Notes under the pieces: generated by a model
What the model was told of the DNA's origin: nothing
Databases searched by the model: none
The model's input: the letters and a program-made list of their open reading frames with translations, nothing else
Made by a program: the position numbers and the translations under genes
DNA from: a phage
Assembly (NCBI GenBank): GCA_018296565.1
Contig: GCA_018296565.1_3935.1
Reading direction: 5' to 3' (one strand)
Length of the DNA: 64,000 nucleotides
Shown: piece after piece, positions 54,930 to 63,377 of the stretch
Numbering within the stretch: the first letter of the stretch is position 1
Layout: every line of letters begins with the position of its first letter

Positions 54930-55321
54930 TTAAGTTAAGCCAAAAACAATTAGAGTGGATTAAAGATTACGCCTCAGAGTGTGGCTCTTGCGAAAAGAAT
55001 CACGTAAAATACTCAACATTTCATACGACCTTCACATTGTATGTTGGTGACAACGTTCTAAGTGATTCCGTAGAAGATGGTGTAGCTTTGCCTAATGAAT
55101 TACTTGACAAATTAGCTGTAGTCACTGGAACTTGGTCTGAAGAAGATGGTCACGAGCTATCTGACGATGTTGTCTTCTACAGTCTTGAAAATATTATGAA
55201 TCCAGAGTACATTATGCTAATGACTTGTGCACAAGACTGTGTGCCATTACAAAACTTCATTAAAGAGCACTGCGAAGAGTTTATTACTAAACAGGTTCCT
55301 TGTCAGGTGGTGTTTGAATGA
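54926..55321 (+). CDS. Hypothetical Cys-containing protein
   Basis: 131 aa ORF with overlapping start/stop. Confidence 0.45.
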   Translation: MIKLSQKQLEWIKDYASECGSCEKNHVKYSTFHTTFTLYVGDNVLSDSVEDGVALPNELLDKLAVVTGTWSEEDGHELSDDVVFYSLENIMNPEYIMLMTCAQDCVPLQNFIKEHCEEFITKQVPCQVVFE

Positions 55322-55617
55322 GTAAAACAATTCGAAGAAAAGGTTTGAAGAACGTTCATGGACTCTATGAGTGGAGAAATGAGGTACGTAACAGAGAAAA
55401 TGCTTCAGATGTCTACTTCCATTCTGATATGATGTCCAGAAAAGGTGGCTCTTATGACTTCACAAGCCAGCCTTGTAGAGAGATTAAGGAGGCTACTAAA
55501 CGTCTTACAAGAACACAAATCAGGCAGCTTTCTAAGACATCCTTCTTAGATGAAGACTTTGACATTGATAGTAAGTCTCCAAAGAAAGCCGCTAAGAACA
55601 CTTATATGTATTGGTGA
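55318..55617 (+). CDS. Hypothetical protein
   Basis: 99 aa basic ORF, translationally coupled. Confidence 0.45.
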   Translation: MSKTIRRKGLKNVHGLYEWRNEVRNRENASDVYFHSDMMSRKGGSYDFTSQPCREIKEATKRLTRTQIRQLSKTSFLDEDFDIDSKSPKKAAKNTYMYW

Positions 55618-55626
55618 GGTAACTAG

Positions 55627-56112
55627 ATGAATTACATGGAGATTCGACCATTTGACACAGCTAATGGTGAAGGGGTTCGTGTAAGCCTCTTCGTAGCTGG
55701 TTGTAAGCATCACTGTGAAGGCTGCTTTAACAGGGAGTCTTGGAAGTTTAATGCCGGTAAAGTGTTTACTTATGCAAACCTCTACGGCATCATTAAGTTA
55801 ATGGATGATAATGCCATCAGTGGGCTGTCAATACTTGGTGGAGAACCTCTGGATGATAGAAACATTCAAGAGGTTACCAACATATGCAAACGTATTAAAA
55901 CCGTTTACCCAGAAAAATCTATCTGGCTCTGGACAGGTTTTCAGTTACATGAAAAAATTCACCTTGATGTGATGAAATATGTTGACGTGGTGATTGATGG
56001 TAAGTATGATTCATCTAAACCAACAGTTAAACCATATCGTGGTTCTGATAACCAAAACCTCTGGAGAAAAGAGTATGGGTGGCAAGGTGATTGCCAATGG
56101 CGAGCAGAATGA
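55627..56112 (+). CDS. nrdG: Anaerobic RNR activating enzyme (radical SAM)
   Basis: 161 aa; radical-SAM cysteine motif CKHHCEGC near N-terminus; downstream of nrdD. Confidence 0.8.
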   Translation: MNYMEIRPFDTANGEGVRVSLFVAGCKHHCEGCFNRESWKFNAGKVFTYANLYGIIKLMDDNAISGLSILGGEPLDDRNIQEVTNICKRIKTVYPEKSIWLWTGFQLHEKIHLDVMKYVDVVIDGKYDSSKPTVKPYRGSDNQNLWRKEYGWQGDCQWRAE

Positions 56113-56208
56113 TTATTCTGGCAAATGGATTAAGGTATAACTCCAATTGGTATCACTGAAGAAGAACTTCATAAGTTCTGCATTAAACTTTAATGAGAGA
56201 GACTAAAA

Positions 56209-56475
56209 ATGGGAATTTTAGGTAATATGAAAGCCGGATTCTTGAAGGCACTGGCAAAAGCAGCAGCAATTGTTTCTATGACTGGAAAGCAGGTCGGTGT
56301 AGATGCTTCAGCGGTTGCACAGGTTCTTACAAGCCAAATTGAACAGCAGCCTTACATCTATGTAGGCCGTGGCAAAGGTGGTAAGAAACAAGCCCACCGT
56401 CCGTCTGGTGCAGCAGCTATTAAACGAGCAGCTAAGAAAGCTCGTAACCGTAAACGTAATAAGAAGGCTAAATAA
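56209..56475 (+). CDS. Small basic protein with Lys/Arg-rich tail
   Basis: 88 aa; amphipathic N-terminus, C-terminus AAIKRAAKKARNRKRNKKAK. Confidence 0.45.
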   Translation: MGILGNMKAGFLKALAKAAAIVSMTGKQVGVDASAVAQVLTSQIEQQPYIYVGRGKGGKKQAHRPSGAAAIKRAAKKARNRKRNKKAK

Positions 56476-56477
56476 TC

Positions 56478-56798
56478 ATGAGCAAAGTTTATAACACTCG
56501 TAAATTACAGATTTTCTTACTGTGCCAGTTTATGGCTAGAGAGCATAACTCCTACTATTGTGGTACAGGATTCATTAGTGATAATGATGGCTCATATCTC
56601 CCATTCAAAGAGGCTGTAAAACTCTTCAATGAAGAGAAAAGCTCTGAGAAAGATATTGAAAAGGTTAAATTAACCTATAGCAAGAAAGATAAGAAGATTA
56701 TCTGCCTAGATAACTTTGTGAAAGTTACCAAAGAAACTAAAGAGTCAATGGAAGAAAGTGAAATTCCATTCACAAGAATCTTGAAAGTAACTCAGTAA
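56478..56798 (+). CDS. Hypothetical protein
   Basis: 106 aa ORF, ATG start. Confidence 0.45.
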   Translation: MSKVYNTRKLQIFLLCQFMAREHNSYYCGTGFISDNDGSYLPFKEAVKLFNEEKSSEKDIEKVKLTYSKKDKKIICLDNFVKVTKETKESMEESEIPFTRILKVTQ

Positions 56799-56810
56799 GC
56801 AGATACTATA

Positions 56811-56840
56811 AGGGAACTGTAAAGGTTCCCTTTTTATTTT
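56811..56840 (+). terminator. Rho-independent terminator
   Basis: Hairpin agggaac-tgtaaa-ggttccc followed by TTTTT. Confidence 0.6.
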
Positions 56841-56849
56841 GGAGATAAT

Positions 56850-57365
56850 ATGTATCTGTCAAATCTGAAACGTTCTGCTGCAATGTCAGTGTTAAGACTC
56901 AGTTTTGAGGAACGTCAAGAGTTCATTGACTCCCACCAATACGACCCTTCCAACTCCAATCACATGATTCTCTGGAATCGTGAGAGTACTCGTGAAAGAG
57001 CATTATTTCGATATTACCCACACTACACCATAGACAACCTGTATGAATGCTTTGTTGTGAAGAACACCATTACAGTACTCAATAAACTTTGCAGATACAC
57101 AGGCAGTCAATCCTTCACATTAGGCCACCACAAACCTGTTACAAAAGGTGGTGAACATCACTGTACAAACTGGTTTATTCAGACTAAAGCTGATAACCAG
57201 AAGCAAGGAGATAGTCTTTTAAGTACCCCTAAGATGACCTATGAAGAGCAAGAGAGATATATCAAAAATAATATGCCAGATGTGCTTGACAACAACTATA
57301 CAGATTTGGCAATATCTCTCCTGTTGAAGTTCGAGATAGTTTATAGGGCAACTTACAATGGCTAA
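56850..57365 (+). CDS. HNH endonuclease
   Basis: 171 aa; HNH core LGHHKPVTKGGEHHCTNWFIQTKADNQKQGD. Confidence 0.6.
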   Translation: MYLSNLKRSAAMSVLRLSFEERQEFIDSHQYDPSNSNHMILWNRESTRERALFRYYPHYTIDNLYECFVVKNTITVLNKLCRYTGSQSFTLGHHKPVTKGGEHHCTNWFIQTKADNQKQGDSLLSTPKMTYEEQERYIKNNMPDVLDNNYTDLAISLLLKFEIVYRATYNG

Positions 57366-57636
57366 AGAAAAGTGGGAGATTTTATCATTAGTCAGTGAAG
57401 GTGGTAATGGTTGTGAAATGTACATGATACGTGGTCATGTCCCAGAGCCAATTGCACTTGAGATGGTAAATAATTATACAGATGGTTCTTACAAAGACTT
57501 AGGAGAACCAACTGTCAAACAGCAATGGGTAAAGCCTGTGCCAGATAGTACAGGAAACTGTAGTGTACTTTATCACGTTGTAGACCCTGTGAAATGCAAG
57601 TCTGCAATGGCAGTAACTAACGTAACTTTTGATTGA
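57358..57636 (+). CDS. Hypothetical protein
   Basis: 92 aa ORF, overlapping start with HNH gene stop. Confidence 0.45.
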   Translation: MAKEKWEILSLVSEGGNGCEMYMIRGHVPEPIALEMVNNYTDGSYKDLGEPTVKQQWVKPVPDSTGNCSVLYHVVDPVKCKSAMAVTNVTFD

Positions 57637-57647
57637 GAGAGAAAATT

Positions 57648-58529
57648 ATGAAAACATCTATACGTGTTACAGTTCATTCACCAACTAAAGGAACTCATGA
57701 AGAAGAGTTTAACATCATCCAATTTCCTTCTGGTGAGATTGGTGGACACTTTTCACCAGAGTTTGTTGATTTTACTGCTTATGCTGCATCATCCATCAAC
57801 AATGTGATTATGATTGTAAAAGGTTATGATAAAGACACATTGTTTGCTGTAGCACTTGCTAAAGAAGCAATTGATGATTTAATTCCTCATGATTATGCTT
57901 TAAAGACTGTCATCTTTTACTACTTACCAAATGCACGATATGACCGTCACATGTTTAAAGGCGATGCAGCAGCTTTGAAGGTTTTTGCTAAACAGGTTAA
58001 TGCAATGGGGTTTGGTGCAGTCTGTGCAGTTGACCCTCACAGTTACGTTCCAGATAACCTGTTTAACTGCTTCCAGAGTATTCCTCAAAAGGAGATTGCA
58101 GTCCACTATGCAAATGACCCACTGGTTGATTACTTAGTGGCCCCAGATGCAGGTGCTGCTAAGAAGGTTGCAGAAACCGCTAAAGAGGTGGATAAACCAT
58201 ATATCACAATGTCTAAAGTACGCAACCTCAAGACTGGTGAAATCACTGGTATGCGAATCCTTGACGATGTTGATTTGACAGATAAAACCGTCATGATTCT
58301 GGATGATATTTGTGATGGAGGACGAACCTTCATAGAAGCAGCTAAACATCTTCGTGAAGCAGGTGCAAAACGAGTGGAACTCTATGTAACACATGGTATC
58401 TTCTCTAAAGATGTTGAAAACCTTCTTGACAATGGTATTGACCATATCTACACTACAAACTCTTTAGGGGAAGCTAAAGACCGTGGCTTAACACATTATA
58501 GCCAAGTTACTGTAGCAAACCTTGATTAA
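57648..58529 (+). CDS. prs: Ribose-phosphate pyrophosphokinase (PRPP synthetase)
   Basis: Track ORF starts at a TTG at 57633; ATG at 57648 follows a gagaga RBS. PRPP-binding motif VMILDDICDGGRTF. Confidence 0.7.
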   Translation: MKTSIRVTVHSPTKGTHEEEFNIIQFPSGEIGGHFSPEFVDFTAYAASSINNVIMIVKGYDKDTLFAVALAKEAIDDLIPHDYALKTVIFYYLPNARYDRHMFKGDAAALKVFAKQVNAMGFGAVCAVDPHSYVPDNLFNCFQSIPQKEIAVHYANDPLVDYLVAPDAGAAKKVAETAKEVDKPYITMSKVRNLKTGEITGMRILDDVDLTDKTVMILDDICDGGRTFIEAAKHLREAGAKRVELYVTHGIFSKDVENLLDNGIDHIYTTNSLGEAKDRGLTHYSQVTVANLD

Positions 58530-58537
58530 AACTTTAT

Positions 58538-58560
58538 AGGGGCTTCCAAGCCCCATTTTA
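58538..58560 (+). terminator. Weak hairpin terminator between prs and nampt
   Basis: Hairpin ggggc-ttccaa-gcccc followed by a short T-rich tract. Confidence 0.35.
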
Positions 58561-58574
58561 AGAGAGATTAAAAG

Positions 58575-60356
58575 ATGACTAAATCACTTTATGCAGTACC
58601 AGCAGGTTTAAATGCAGATGCTTACAAATCTGGTCATGTTTACCAGTATCCTAGCGCAACAGAGTACTTGATGTTCAACCTGACACCACGTAGTGATAAA
58701 TGGTTTAACAGCCCTTTAGCAATTGACGGTGTAGTGGCTTTTGGTATTCAACGTTTTGTTAAAGATTACTTGATAGACCACTGGAATGCCACTTTCTTTG
58801 AACGTGATAAAAAAGAAGCAATTGACGAAATCTTAGAAGTCATGCATGGTGTTCTTGGTAAAGATGCTATCGGTCGAGAGCATTGGGAAGCACTTCACGA
58901 CTTAGGTTATCTACCAGTTGAAGTCTACGCTGTAGAAGAAGGCACAGTTGTCCCTATGCGTGTCCCAATGATTGTTTTCCAGAACACTGTTTCAGGTTTC
59001 CATTGGGTAGCAGGTTATCTGGAAGATGCTTTCTCTGCTGAGATTTGGAAGGCTTGTACCATTGCAACTATTGCATTGCACTACAAACGTATCTGTAAGA
59101 GGTGGGCTGACCTTACTTGTGATAACGACTTGCATTTGCCTTATCAGTGCCATGACTTTGCTATGCGTGGTATGTCCGGCTTTACTGATGACGCATTTAA
59201 TGCTGTAGGCCACTTGACCAGCTTTAAAGGAACTGATAGCTTCCCTGCCGTATATACAGCTAAACGCATCTACGGACAGTCTTACCCAGTCTCTGATATT
59301 GGTAGCTCTGTACCAGCCACTGAGCACTCTGTAATGTGTGCAAACATTGCTTGGGAAGGTGGTAACGAATTGATTGAAGAAGAAAGACGCTTTAAAGGTG
59401 AATTACAAACCTTCCGTCGTTTCTTAACAGAAACTTACCCAACGGGTATTGCAAGTATTGTTTCAGATACTTATAACTTCTGGAGAACTGTATCAGTGAT
59501 ACTGCCAGAACTCCGTAAAGAGATTATGGAACGTGACGGCAAGCTGGTAATTCGTCCTGACTCTGGAGACCCTGTGCATATTGTCACAGGTTATAAAGCA
59601 ATCCACTTAGAATGTGCTAAGAAGGCTTATTATGAACATCTTAGCAAGCTGGAAGCTAGTGATACAATGCTGAAATCTGTTCTGAACATGAAGCTTGAAA
59701 ACATCAACTATGGTATTGCTGGATGGCTACTGTCAGAAGGCTACGAAATGGTTGTTGACCGAGAAGACTTTGAAGTTGCTGATACAGTACTGCTGAAGAA
59801 TGCTTATATGGTTGGTTCTGCAAACGTTGTAACACGTCCTGTAGCAGAGATTGATGGAGCTATTAAGACCCTGTATAACATCTTCGGAGGGACTATCAAC
59901 TCCAAAGGTTTTAAAGTACTGGATGAGCACATCGGACTTATTTATGGTGACTCTATCACGTTGGAACGTGCAAACGAAATATTGAAGCGTTTGTATGAAA
60001 TGGGTTTTGCAAGCTCTAACGTAGTGTTTGGTGTAGGCTCTTACACTTACCAGTACATGACTCGTGACACCTTTGCATTTGCTGTCAAAGCAACTCTTGC
60101 AAGCATTGGTGGTAAGGAGATTATGCTTGCAAAAGACCCTAAAACAGATAGTGGTGTGAAGAAGTCTGCCTTTGGTGGTGTAGCGCCTATGTGGGATGGT
60201 GATAAATTGAAAGCTGTAGATGGCTATGGATTCCAGAGCTTTGCAGATGCACTTGAACATCCAGCTTGTGCTTTACGTTTAGTCTTTAGCGACTCTGAGC
60301 AGTTTGGCTACACAACTCTTGGCGATATTCGAAATAATATTGACAAGCAGCTTTAA
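58575..60356 (+). CDS. nadV: Nicotinamide phosphoribosyltransferase (Nampt/NadV)
   Basis: 593 aa; matches remembered Nampt blocks: DAYKSGH, HDFAMRGMS...KGTDS, SIVSDTYNFW, IRPDSGDP. Confidence 0.8.
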   Translation: MTKSLYAVPAGLNADAYKSGHVYQYPSATEYLMFNLTPRSDKWFNSPLAIDGVVAFGIQRFVKDYLIDHWNATFFERDKKEAIDEILEVMHGVLGKDAIGREHWEALHDLGYLPVEVYAVEEGTVVPMRVPMIVFQNTVSGFHWVAGYLEDAFSAEIWKACTIATIALHYKRICKRWADLTCDNDLHLPYQCHDFAMRGMSGFTDDAFNAVGHLTSFKGTDSFPAVYTAKRIYGQSYPVSDIGSSVPATEHSVMCANIAWEGGNELIEEERRFKGELQTFRRFLTETYPTGIASIVSDTYNFWRTVSVILPELRKEIMERDGKLVIRPDSGDPVHIVTGYKAIHLECAKKAYYEHLSKLEASDTMLKSVLNMKLENINYGIAGWLLSEGYEMVVDREDFEVADTVLLKNAYMVGSANVVTRPVAEIDGAIKTLYNIFGGTINSKGFKVLDEHIGLIYGDSITLERANEILKRLYEMGFASSNVVFGVGSYTYQYMTRDTFAFAVKATLASIGGKEIMLAKDPKTDSGVKKSAFGGVAPMWDGDKLKAVDGYGFQSFADALEHPACALRLVFSDSEQFGYTTLGDIRNNIDKQL

Positions 60357-60370
60357 AAGTATATGATAAG

Positions 60371-60392
60371 AGGCTCCTACGGGAGCCTTTTT
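60371..60392 (+). terminator. Rho-independent terminator after nampt
   Basis: Hairpin aggctcc-tacg-ggagcct followed by TTTT. Confidence 0.6.
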
Positions 60393-60409
60393 AATTTCTG
60401 GAGAAGACT

Positions 60410-60745
60410 ATGAAAATCAAAGAAATGAACATCAACATTATCTTAGAAGAACGTTGGGAGAACATCAAGAAGCCTGAAGATGGCCATAAGTTCCTCAACA
60501 AAATTTTAGTAGCAGCTAAAGAAGAACTGACTGGAAAGGTTGCAGCAGCAATCACAATAAAGGTTTGTGTAAAAGGTCTTCCACAACATCACCAGTTTGC
60601 ACTTGACGAGTTTAAAGAAAGCTTCTACAATCCAAACAAACAGATGCTTGAAAGTAACTTTGCAGTATCTACAAGTATCGTTCATGACAGAAGCTTTATC
60701 CTTTACAAAAATATGAGAGGTGAGTCATGCAAGCATATTGGATAG
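60410..60745 (+). CDS. Hypothetical protein
   Basis: 111 aa ORF, ATG start. Confidence 0.45.
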   Translation: MKIKEMNINIILEERWENIKKPEDGHKFLNKILVAAKEELTGKVAAAITIKVCVKGLPQHHQFALDEFKESFYNPNKQMLESNFAVSTSIVHDRSFILYKNMRGESCKHIG

Positions 60746-60903
60746 AAATTTTACTGTCACTTGGTAGTGTAGCAGTGTTCGTTTACCTTCTTTGCAAGTA
60801 CTATGCAGAACACAAAAAATGTGACTTCTGTAATGGGGAAGGTTATACAAGAGCAGGTTGTTGCCCTATGTGTGGCGGTTCTGGTAAAATGTTTAATAAG
60901 TGA
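60728..60903 (+). CDS. Small membrane protein with zinc-ribbon (unannotated ORF, 58 aa)
   Basis: ATG with agaggtgag RBS; N-terminal TM (ILLSLGSVAVFVYLL) then CDFCNGEG...CPMCGGSG; below the track cutoff. Confidence 0.35.
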
Positions 60904-60931
60904 TTTAACAGTAAACTAAGAGGAAAGTATT

Positions 60932-63298
60932 ATGCGCATGGTAAATGACCACGCAGAAGTGATTAAGAGTTCAACTTCTTTAGAGACGTCTCAAGCACAG
61001 ATTACAATGACACCTGAGATGTTCAGCCTTTTGAGTTCTGGTGTATACACCTTTAAAGAAAGGGCAGTGATTCGTGAACTGTCATGTAACGCAGTGGATG
61101 CTCAGAAAGAAGCTGGAAAAGAGAACATCCCATTCCATGTGCATTTACCTACTCGTTTTGAGCCTTACTTCGAAGTTCGTGATTTTGGAACTGGATTGAC
61201 TCATGATAAAGTTATGAGTCTGTACCTAAACTATGGAGCTTCTACGAAGAACGACTCTAATGACTACATTGGTGCAATGGGTATCGGCTCAAAGTCACCA
61301 TTTGCAATTGCTCAGTCATTCACAGTATCTAGTTATGTTGACGGTGTTGTTAATAAGTACTCTGTTTATCTTGAGAATGGTATCCCTCAAGTAACTAAGC
61401 TGACAACTAACCCAACAAAAGAACCTAATGGTTTAGCTGTACGTGTGGCAGTTGCTGACCACCGTATCTCAAAGTTCTTTGAAGAAGCTGGGAATGTGTA
61501 CTCATACTTCACTGTAAAACCAGAAAGTAATATTGAGTACAACGATGTATTAGCAGATATGAACGTCATTGCCCGTGAAGAAGGTGTTTATGATGCCATG
61601 ATTCATAAGCACAGCTGGCGTTCTAGTGATAACAGGACAGAGTTTAATGTGGTGATGGGTAACATTGCCTACCCTGTTAATATGGAAGCATTACTTGGCG
61701 ATGATTTCTTCAAAGTATTGCCAGAGTTTTTCCGTAGGAGCGTAGACCTTGTAAACATCTACATGCCTATTGGTTCAGTTGCTATTGCAGCTTCTCGTGA
61801 AGCATTGCAGATGAATGACACGACAAAAAATGTTATCATTGAGGCTACTAAAAAGATAACTGAAGCCATTACAAAGGATGTTATCAAAAAGATTAACAAT
61901 CAGCCCACACTCATGGATGCTGCACAGGCTTATGCTGAGTTGCGTTTGAACTCACGAGAAATGTTTAATGCTGTGTGTCCAAAGCTAGAGTGGGGAGGCG
62001 TTAAGCTTGATTCTCTGGAAGAAGAGTTGCTAAACATTCGTCGCGGGATTATCTACGCAGAAGACGGCTCAGTCATTTATGAGCGTGACGGTAAAGGTAA
62101 TATTAAGGTTGATAGGAACGGAAACAACATCCCTAAAGTAGATTACCTTTATGACCCAGTTGCTTATGTCAAGTTCAACTCTTTAGAGAGTAAGATTCGT
62201 GCAACAGCACTTTCCTACACTCAAGAGGCAAGTATGTTCAATATCTTTGGTGCAATGCGTAAAAGCCAAATTGAACAGTTTTTGTTCGTGATTAATGACC
62301 GTCGCAATAAAAATGGCACTGAGAAGACTGTAGGACGAAATCAAATCTTGCGTGGTGCATGTCGAGACTACGCTAACGAGTCAGGCCTGTTCCACAGATA
62401 CAATGGTATTGTGTTTGTATTCTCGACTGAAAAAGAGTTAGATGATTTAATCAATCTACACAAACTTGATAAAAGCTTGTTAAAGATTGTGAAAATGTCT
62501 GATAAGGAGCATCATTATCAGCGTAAAGAGGCTGTGAGAGGTGTTGTAAAACTATGGAAAGCTGTTCCAGCAGAATCTGTAGCTTCATACAAAGAGGTGT
62601 CAGAAGACTTAGACACAATTGAAGAACCTCAGCTTTATATTAAGGCAGTTGGTGACACAGTTGATGGTAGATGTTTTTGCTCATCTCCAGAAGATGTAGC
62701 TAAGTCAGTTGCTAATGTTATTGGAAAGACAGTTTATGTTTTCCGAAAAGCAAATTGGAAAAAGATACCAGAAGACTGGATTGAAGTAGATGAGAAGCTC
62801 TTGAACGACAGCTTAACTGATGTTCATTGGATTAATCATAACAGGTATATGACACGCATCTACATGAATGGTGTTCTTGACCTTACAAGTAGCTGGATTA
62901 TTGCCAGAAACTTTACATTCAATAACAGGAAGATTTCTCGTGGCTATTGCTATTCACGAGACACAAACAAAACTATCTTCTTAGAAGGCAATGAAGACGC
63001 TGTTGAGGCAATGTTTGGTAAAATCCAATACGTTGCTGCACCGTTTGCATACACTTACACTATTAGTAGATTGCAAACTTTGAAAGACTGCCTTGACAAC
63101 GATACAAAGCTGTACAAGAAAATTAAGAAAGCTGGTGACCGTATGGTCATTAAGGTGACAAACTACCTTTCAAAAAGAAAACAAGAAAACTTCTTGCTTT
63201 CTCATTTAGATTGGAATAAAGTGTCACCCATCGAAGTGAGTAAGTTCTTAGGCTTTGATGTGAAGTGTGTTCCAGAAGGGACTACAATTTACGATTAA
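60932..63298 (+). CDS. rIIA: rIIA-like protein
   Basis: 788 aa; N-terminal region matches remembered T4 rIIA blocks (RAVIRELSCNAVDA, VRDFGTGL, NDYIGAMGIGSKSPF), a GHKL ATPase-like fold. Confidence 0.75.
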   Translation: MRMVNDHAEVIKSSTSLETSQAQITMTPEMFSLLSSGVYTFKERAVIRELSCNAVDAQKEAGKENIPFHVHLPTRFEPYFEVRDFGTGLTHDKVMSLYLNYGASTKNDSNDYIGAMGIGSKSPFAIAQSFTVSSYVDGVVNKYSVYLENGIPQVTKLTTNPTKEPNGLAVRVAVADHRISKFFEEAGNVYSYFTVKPESNIEYNDVLADMNVIAREEGVYDAMIHKHSWRSSDNRTEFNVVMGNIAYPVNMEALLGDDFFKVLPEFFRRSVDLVNIYMPIGSVAIAASREALQMNDTTKNVIIEATKKITEAITKDVIKKINNQPTLMDAAQAYAELRLNSREMFNAVCPKLEWGGVKLDSLEEELLNIRRGIIYAEDGSVIYERDGKGNIKVDRNGNNIPKVDYLYDPVAYVKFNSLESKIRATALSYTQEASMFNIFGAMRKSQIEQFLFVINDRRNKNGTEKTVGRNQILRGACRDYANESGLFHRYNGIVFVFSTEKELDDLINLHKLDKSLLKIVKMSDKEHHYQRKEAVRGVVKLWKAVPAESVASYKEVSEDLDTIEEPQLYIKAVGDTVDGRCFCSSPEDVAKSVANVIGKTVYVFRKANWKKIPEDWIEVDEKLLNDSLTDVHWINHNRYMTRIYMNGVLDLTSSWIIARNFTFNNRKISRGYCYSRDTNKTIFLEGNEDAVEAMFGKIQYVAAPFAYTYTISRLQTLKDCLDNDTKLYKKIKKAGDRMVIKVTNYLSKRKQENFLLSHLDWNKVSPIEVSKFLGFDVKCVPEGTTIYD

Positions 63299-63304
63299 AG
63301 TGTT

Positions 63305-63334
63305 TGACAAGGGGCTTTTAAGCCCCTTAGAATA
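63305..63334 (+). promoter_or_regulatory. sigma70-like promoter TTGACA-N18-TAGAAT with palindromic spacer, between rIIA and rIIB
   Basis: gtgtTTGACAaggggcttttaagcccctTAGAATagcc; the spacer is an inverted repeat aggggc/gcccct. Confidence 0.45.
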
Positions 63335-63377
63335 GCCTTACAAAATGATTTATTAACTAACAAGAGAGAGTAATAAG

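Noticed and set aside
59733-60260. 175-aa antisense ORF inside the Nampt gene
   Set aside because: Embedded in a gene with clear family motifs; no signals of its own.
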